Positions 59,222 through 64,000 of a stretch of DNA of 64,000 nt are shown piece after piece; position 1 is the first letter of the stretch, and each line of letters starts with the position of its first letter. The stretch spans positions 7,850-71,849 of the forward strand of contig JAQBOH010000193.1 in assembly GCA_028288125.1 (NCBI GenBank). The letters run 5' to 3'. The stretch is from Mucilaginibacter sp. Its GTDB lineage: Bacteria > Bacteroidota > Bacteroidia > Sphingobacteriales > Sphingobacteriaceae. The position numbers were made by a program, and so were the translations under genes. The notes beneath the pieces were generated by a model. The model did no database searches. It had not been told where the DNA came from and saw only the letters and a program-made list of their open reading frames with translations.

Positions 59222-60412
59222 ATGTATAACACACTAAAACCTGTTCTACAGCAGGAACTGGCTGATATTGAAAGCGCCGGGCTATATAAAAGGGAAAGAA
59301 TTATCACTTCACCGCAGGGCGCTGATATTGAAGTGCAGGGCGGTAAACATGTAATAAACTTTTGTGCCAACAACTACCTGGGGCTGTCGGCACATCCAAA
59401 GGTGATCGCGGCAGCTAAAGAAGCTATGGATACCCATGGTTACGGACTTTCGTCTGTCCGTTTTATTTGCGGTACGCAGGATATACACAAAGAACTGGAA
59501 CAAAAGATAGCCGGTTTCTTAGGCACAGAAGACACTATCCTCTACGCAGCAGCTTTTGACGCCAATGGAGGCGTATTCGAACCGCTTTTTAATGAGCAGG
59601 ATGCCATTATTTCGGATGAATTGAACCACGCATCGATCATCGACGGCGTGCGTTTATGCAAGGCCCAGCGCCAGCGTTATAAACACGATGACATGACCGA
59701 CCTTGAGCAAAAACTGAAGGAAACAGCTGGTTGCCGTCACCGCATCATCGTAACGGACGGCGCTTTCAGCATGGACGGTACCATTGCCCAATTAGATAAA
59801 ATATGCGCGCTGGCGGAAAAATATAATGCTTTGGTTATGATAGACGAAAGCCATTGCTCGGGCTTTATGGGAAAAACCGGCCGTGGTACGCATGAGCATC
59901 ATGGTGTGATGGGTAAGATCGATATTATTACGGGCACACTGGGCAAAGCTTTAGGCGGTGCTTCAGGCGGATTTACCTCGGGCCGGAAAGAAATTATTGA
60001 TATGTTAAGGCAGCGGTCACGTCCTTACCTGTTTTCTAACACACTTGCACCGTCTATAACAGGCGCCTCTATCGCCGTATTGGATATGCTGAGCGAAACC
60101 ACCAGCCTTCGCGATAAACTGGAAACCAATACGCAATATTTCCGCAAAAAAATGACCGAAGCTGGTTTTGATATTAAACCGGGCGTACATCCTATTGTGC
60201 CGGTTATGTTGTACGACGCCAAACTGGCGCAGGAATTTGCCGCGAAAATGCTGGATGAAGGCATTTATGTAATTGGCTTTTACTACCCGGTTGTGCCGCA
60301 GGGAAAAGCCCGCATCAGGGTACAGATATCTGCAGCGCACGAAATGGCGCATTTGGATAAGGCAATTGCCGCATTTACCAAAGTTGGAAAAGCGTTAAAA
60401 GTGATTAAATAA
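59222..60412 (+). CDS. kbl: Glycine C-acetyltransferase (2-amino-3-ketobutyrate CoA ligase)
   Basis: [43 protein letters not shown] and ARIRVQ motifs. Confidence 0.96.
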   Translation: MYNTLKPVLQQELADIESAGLYKRERIITSPQGADIEVQGGKHVINFCANNYLGLSAHPKVIAAAKEAMDTHGYGLSSVRFICGTQDIHKELEQKIAGFLGTEDTILYAAAFDANGGVFEPLFNEQDAIISDELNHASIIDGVRLCKAQRQRYKHDDMTDLEQKLKETAGCRHRIIVTDGAFSMDGTIAQLDKICALAEKYNALVMIDESHCSGFMGKTGRGTHEHHGVMGKIDIITGTLGKALGGASGGFTSGRKEIIDMLRQRSRPYLFSNTLAPSITGASIAVLDMLSETTSLRDKLETNTQYFRKKMTEAGFDIKPGVHPIVPVMLYDAKLAQEFAAKMLDEGIYVIGFYYPVVPQGKARIRVQISAAHEMAHLDKAIAAFTKVGKALKVIK

Positions 60413-60441
60413 TTCCCTAAATTTCCTGTTCAAATAATTGT

Positions 60442-60660
60442 ATGACGAAGAGGCTAACGATTGATGTATCCGTTGAAACAAAATTAGCAATGAAAGTTGA
60501 AGCCAAACGGAGAAATTTGACAGTCTCACAATTAATGACCCTGCTTTTTTTAAGGATAGTTGCCGAAGACGAATCAAAAGAAAAAATCTCTAAAAAACAT
60601 TATAATGCAAACTCAAATAGATCAATATACAGCCGAGATCAATTCTTTTTCACCTGCTAA
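60442..60660 (+). CDS. Putative ribbon-helix-helix DNA-binding protein
   Basis: KRLTIDVS strand, VETKLAMKVEAKRR helix, N turn, LTVSQLMTLLF helix; overlaps pheS by 56 nt. Confidence 0.5.
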   Translation: MTKRLTIDVSVETKLAMKVEAKRRNLTVSQLMTLLFLRIVAEDESKEKISKKHYNANSNRSIYSRDQFFFTC

Positions 60661-61639
60661 CGCGGGTGAGCTTGAAACATTCCGTATCAAATTTTTAGGA
60701 ACCAAAGGCATTATAAAGGACCTGTTTGAGCAATTCAAAACTGTAGGCCCGGAAGAGAAACGAACTTTAGGCAAAGTACTTAATCAGTTCAAACAACTGG
60801 CCGAAACCAGGTATAATGAGCTAAAGGAAACGTTCGACTCACAACTCACAACTCACAACTCACAACTCGACCTCACTTTACCCGGCGAAGGATTCAATGT
60901 CGGCTCCCGTCACCCGCTTTCGCTTGTGCGGACCGAGATCATCGATATTTTTAAACGTCTGGGTTTCGTTGTGGCCGAAGGTCCGGAAATTGAGGATGAT
61001 TGGCATAACTTTTCGGCATTGAACTTTCCGGAAGAACACCCGGCCAGGGATATGCAGGACACATTCTTCATTAAAAAGAACCACGGCAAGGACGACATCG
61101 CATTACGCACCCATACCTCATCGGTGCAGGTACGGATGATGGAAAACGGCAAGCCGCCGTTCAGGGCCATTATGCCGGGCCGTGTTTACCGTAACGAAGC
61201 TATCTCCGCACGGGCGCATTGCTTTTTTCACCAGGTGGAAGGTTTATATATCGACGAAAATGTATCCTTTGCCGACCTTAAACAAACGCTTTACCACTTT
61301 GTGCAGGAGCTTTACGGCGAGGGTACCCAGGTACGTTTCAGGCCTTCGTATTTCCCTTTTACGGAGCCTTCGGCCGAGATGGATATATCCTGCACCATTT
61401 GCAAAGGCGCGGGATGCAATATGTGCAAATACACCGGCTGGGTCGAAATACTGGGCTGTGGTATGGTTGATCCCAATGTTTTGGAAAATTGCGGAATCGA
61501 CAGTAAAAAATTCACCGGCTTCGCGTTCGGTATGGGTATAGAAAGAATAGCCAACTTAAAATATGTTATACGCGATCTGCGTTTATTCTCTGAAAACGAT
61601 GTTCGTTTTCTAAAGCAATTTCAATCAGAGATCGTATGA
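60605..61639 (+). CDS. pheS: Phenylalanine--tRNA ligase alpha subunit
   Basis: HPARDMQDTF, LRTHTSSVQ, FHQVEGL, FRPSYFPFTEPS and GFAFGMGIER motifs; ATG at 60605. Confidence 0.97.
   Translation: MQTQIDQYTAEINSFSPANAGELETFRIKFLGTKGIIKDLFEQFKTVGPEEKRTLGKVLNQFKQLAETRYNELKETFDSQLTTHNSQLDLTLPGEGFNVGSRHPLSLVRTEIIDIFKRLGFVVAEGPEIEDDWHNFSALNFPEEHPARDMQDTFFIKKNHGKDDIALRTHTSSVQVRMMENGKPPFRAIMPGRVYRNEAISARAHCFFHQVEGLYIDENVSFADLKQTLYHFVQELYGEGTQVRFRPSYFPFTEPSAEMDISCTICKGAGCNMCKYTGWVEILGCGMVDPNVLENCGIDSKKFTGFAFGMGIERIANLKYVIRDLRLFSENDVRFLKQFQSEIV
60837..60868 (+). repeat. Perfect heptamer tandem repeat (ACTCACA x4 + ACTC) inside pheS
   Basis: ACTCACA ACTCACA ACTCACA ACTCACA ACTC, encoding SQLTTHNSQL. Confidence 0.95.
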
Positions 61640-62049
61640 GGCGCCTGCTGCTATTCTTCACAGTGATATTCTGCCTGCTGTCATGCGGCAAAAGCGGTGA
61701 CGTTGTGCCATATGTGCCCGTAAATTTCCAGGCCACATTGACCGATCCCCGCTATAGCGCGCTGAATGTGCCCGGCGGGGCCGTACTGGTTAATGGTTAT
61801 GGCGTGGCCGGCTTAATACTTTACCGCGAGGCCGATGGCACCTATGCCGCTTACGACCGCTGCAGCAGTTACATGCCGCAAAACCGTTGCGCCGTAACCC
61901 TTGATGCCGGGAACTTTACAGCTACCGACCCGTGCAGTGAGGCCAAGTTTTCGTTGATTGACGGTACGCCCGTAAAGGCGCCCGCCACAAGATCGCTCAA
62001 ATCGTATAGTATTAATGTGAGTAATTTTGAGATATTTGTATCTAATTGA
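61636..62049 (+). CDS. Lipoprotein with a degenerate Rieske-like domain
   Basis: Lipobox LLSC; AYDRCSSY...C...DPCS..KF...DG.P...PA..SL..Y pattern without His ligands; ATGA overlap with pheS. Confidence 0.7.
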   Translation: MRRLLLFFTVIFCLLSCGKSGDVVPYVPVNFQATLTDPRYSALNVPGGAVLVNGYGVAGLILYREADGTYAAYDRCSSYMPQNRCAVTLDAGNFTATDPCSEAKFSLIDGTPVKAPATRSLKSYSINVSNFEIFVSN

Positions 62050-62052
62050 TAC

Positions 62053-62634
62053 ATGGAAGCTGACAAAATTAAAGAAAGCATTAAGCGTGCCGCGCAGGAC
62101 CTGTTCCGAAAATTCGGCTACCATAAAACCAGCGTTAACGAAATTGCCAAACGCGCCAAAATAGCCAAAGCCACCATTTATAAGTATTTTGACAGTAAGG
62201 AAGATGTTTTACACTCCCTGCTGATGGACTATATCAAGGTAAGCGTTGACGACCTGATCAATTCCAATACGGCCGAAGAAGACGAAGAGGCCCACCTAAA
62301 CACCCTTATCATGAAAACCTGCCGGTTGAGCTATACGGTTTGCAACGAATTTATCGGCTGGGATTTTATACGCGAGTCGGCCAACTCACAGGCTTTTTTA
62401 AAAAACCTTTCAAATGAACTAGAAGAAATGCTGGTAAGCGCGTTTTCGCAGTTGAGCGGCCTCCGCAAGCACGAAACCTATTTGCAGCGGCTGCGTTTTT
62501 TGATCAAATGCAGCAAAAGTATCGTATTCAGCTTTGCCTTTACCTCCGTAAGCGACTCGGATGTGCGGAAGAATTTTGTCTCGTTTCAGAAGGAGATACT
62601 TCCCTATCTGGTTAAGGCGGCGATTACGGTATAG
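62053..62634 (+). CDS. TetR/AcrR-family regulator
   Basis: AAQDLFRKFGYHKTSVNEIAKRAKIAKATIYKYFDSKE HTH. Confidence 0.93.
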   Translation: MEADKIKESIKRAAQDLFRKFGYHKTSVNEIAKRAKIAKATIYKYFDSKEDVLHSLLMDYIKVSVDDLINSNTAEEDEEAHLNTLIMKTCRLSYTVCNEFIGWDFIRESANSQAFLKNLSNELEEMLVSAFSQLSGLRKHETYLQRLRFLIKCSKSIVFSFAFTSVSDSDVRKNFVSFQKEILPYLVKAAITV

Positions 62635-62668
62635 CCTCACCTAAATCCTCTCCAAAGGAGAGGACTTT
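62634..62668. repeat. Single REP-like unit related to 6207-6322
   Basis: GCCTCACCTAAATCCTCTCCAAAGGAGAGGACTTT vs GCCCCCTCTAAATCTCCCCCGGAAGGGGAGACTT. Confidence 0.75.
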
Positions 62669-62711
62669 AAGAAAATTTCAATTTCGGAATTGGCCGCCAA
62701 CAGAGATTAAA

Positions 62712-63230
62712 TTATTCTCCCTGGTGAATCCAAATCCATTTTTTACCATTCCAGTATATTACTCCACCTGCTAGCGGTTCCCCATCTTCAAGACTCCACA
62801 TGCTTATGCCTTTATTACCAACTCTTCTTTTTATCGACCCTATAATGTCACCATTATCAAATTTCGTTTCATAGGCGATTTTGTCTTTAAAAACCTTCCA
62901 ACCACCCATCCACTTTAAATCATCCGAATCATCAAAGCCAATTTTTCCAACTTTTGTGCCCGCCCCAAACACAAAATATTGTGTACTATTTCCGAAAAGG
63001 ACAATCATACCTTTTTTTTGAGTCTTCTTTTCACTTACTAAAATCGAAATATCAATTATCCTATCTCCATTAAAATCTGCTAATAAAAATGAAGGTTTTA
63101 AATATTTTCTTATTTCATATTTATCGTCCAGTTTATTTTGCTTGAATGATGAAAGAAACCGCAAAGGGATTGATTGTGAATAAAGATTAATAGAACTAAT
63201 CGTCAAAATGAGTAAGAATAGGTTTTTCAT
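62712..63230 (-). CDS. Secreted hypothetical protein (AT-rich)
   Basis: Signal peptide ending LYS|Q; one DFNGD FG-GAP-like motif; C-terminal YWNGKKWIWIHQGE. Confidence 0.75.
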   Translation of the reverse strand: MKNLFLLILTISSINLYSQSIPLRFLSSFKQNKLDDKYEIRKYLKPSFLLADFNGDRIIDISILVSEKKTQKKGMIVLFGNSTQYFVFGAGTKVGKIGFDDSDDLKWMGGWKVFKDKIAYETKFDNGDIIGSIKRRVGNKGISMWSLEDGEPLAGGVIYWNGKKWIWIHQGE

Positions 63231-63291
63231 TTTACAAATATTTGGAATTTAAATTTCAAATCATTTACTTTGAAAAACAAAGCACTTTTAC

Positions 63292-63918
63292 GTGGAAGAA
63301 AAAGAAATCCGTGATGAGCTGGCCTCTATCCGCAACCTGATGGAACGCTCCTCAAAATTTATATCCCTCAGCGGCCTGTCGGGCATACTGGCAGGGGTGT
63401 ATGCGCTGGTCGGGGCGGCAGCAGCCTACCTATTTATGCAAAATAATCCAGTGCCGCGCCGTATGCCGCTGTTTGAGTTTTGGTCGAATGCAGCCAACGT
63501 ATTGTTGATCTTGTTTGCTATTGCATTTATAGTATTGATGGCTTCCATATTAACCGCGTTTATATTGTCAAGCCGGATAGCAAAGAAAAAAGGCCAGCCT
63601 ATATGGGGTAAAACGAGTAAGATACTTTTGTTTAATACCTCAATTCCCTTGGTTACAGGAGGTATATTCATTATCATTTTACTGTACCAGGGTCATGATG
63701 CTTTCATTATCCCGGCCATGCTGTTGTTTTACGGACTGTCGCTGGTAAGCGCCAGTAACTTCACCTTTTCGGATGTTAAATATTTAGGACTGCTTGAAAT
63801 TGTTTTAGGCCTGGCGGCGGCTTGTGTACCCGGGTTTGGATTGCTATTTTGGGCCCTTGGTTTTGGTGTACTGCATATTATTTACGGCAGTATCATGTAC
63901 TTTAAATACGATAAGTGA
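63292..63918 (+). CDS. Conserved-type integral membrane protein (about 6 TM)
   Basis: IRNLMERSSKFISLSGLSG, PAMLLFYGLSL and GFGVLHIIYG; hydrophobic; coupled to the next gene. Confidence 0.8.
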   Translation: MEEKEIRDELASIRNLMERSSKFISLSGLSGILAGVYALVGAAAAYLFMQNNPVPRRMPLFEFWSNAANVLLILFAIAFIVLMASILTAFILSSRIAKKKGQPIWGKTSKILLFNTSIPLVTGGIFIIILLYQGHDAFIIPAMLLFYGLSLVSASNFTFSDVKYLGLLEIVLGLAAACVPGFGLLFWALGFGVLHIIYGSIMYFKYDK

Positions 63919-64000
63919 AAGTTCCGTTTGAAAAACTAGATAAGGCTTTTGAGAACCGCCTGCGGCTGCAAGTTATGAGTGTGCTGATGGTTAACGACCG
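63915..64000 (+). CDS. Winged-helix transcriptional regulator, N-terminal fragment (runs off the window)
   Basis: GTG at 63915 overlaps the upstream TGA; translates to MKVPFEKLDKAFENRLRLQVMSVLMVND. Confidence 0.7.
   Translation, partial: MKVPFEKLDKAFENRLRLQVMSVLMVND

Overview
A 64-kb chromosomal segment from a Bacteroidota bacterium. Gene content, SusC/SusD pairs, TAnnTTTG promoter boxes and repeat types suggest Sphingobacteriaceae (Mucilaginibacter-like); this is an inference. It is mostly core genome: iscS-iscU-iscA, an ABC importer, an aminotransferase/omega-amidase pair, GH92, PPK2, a class A PBP, msrB, bioF-bioD, argS with a divergent arginine-catabolic cluster, gatB, gltA, trhO, kbl and pheS. 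It also holds an orphan SusC/SusD pair and a PUL with two GH144 enzymes (likely beta-1,2-glucan). I found no rRNA, tRNA, CRISPR array, prophage or intact transposase. The most notable signals are: (1) many intergenic heptamer tandem arrays in inverted pairs, with one array inside the pheS coding sequence; (2) several REP-like palindrome families, some overlapping stop codons, and a decayed MITE carrying hairpins; (3) a LexA-like S24 repressor with CTAA-N5-TTAG boxes, divergent from an apparently inactive GIY-YIG homolog; (4) duplicated secreted proteins, one with a prion-like Q/N/G/Y repeat tail; (5) a small ribbon-helix-helix-like ORF overlapping the pheS start; (6) a gluzincin-propeller-Omp85 fusion; (7) an inverted operator pair with an IHF-like site upstream of the PUL susC. 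All functional calls come from motif recognition by eye; no database searches were run.
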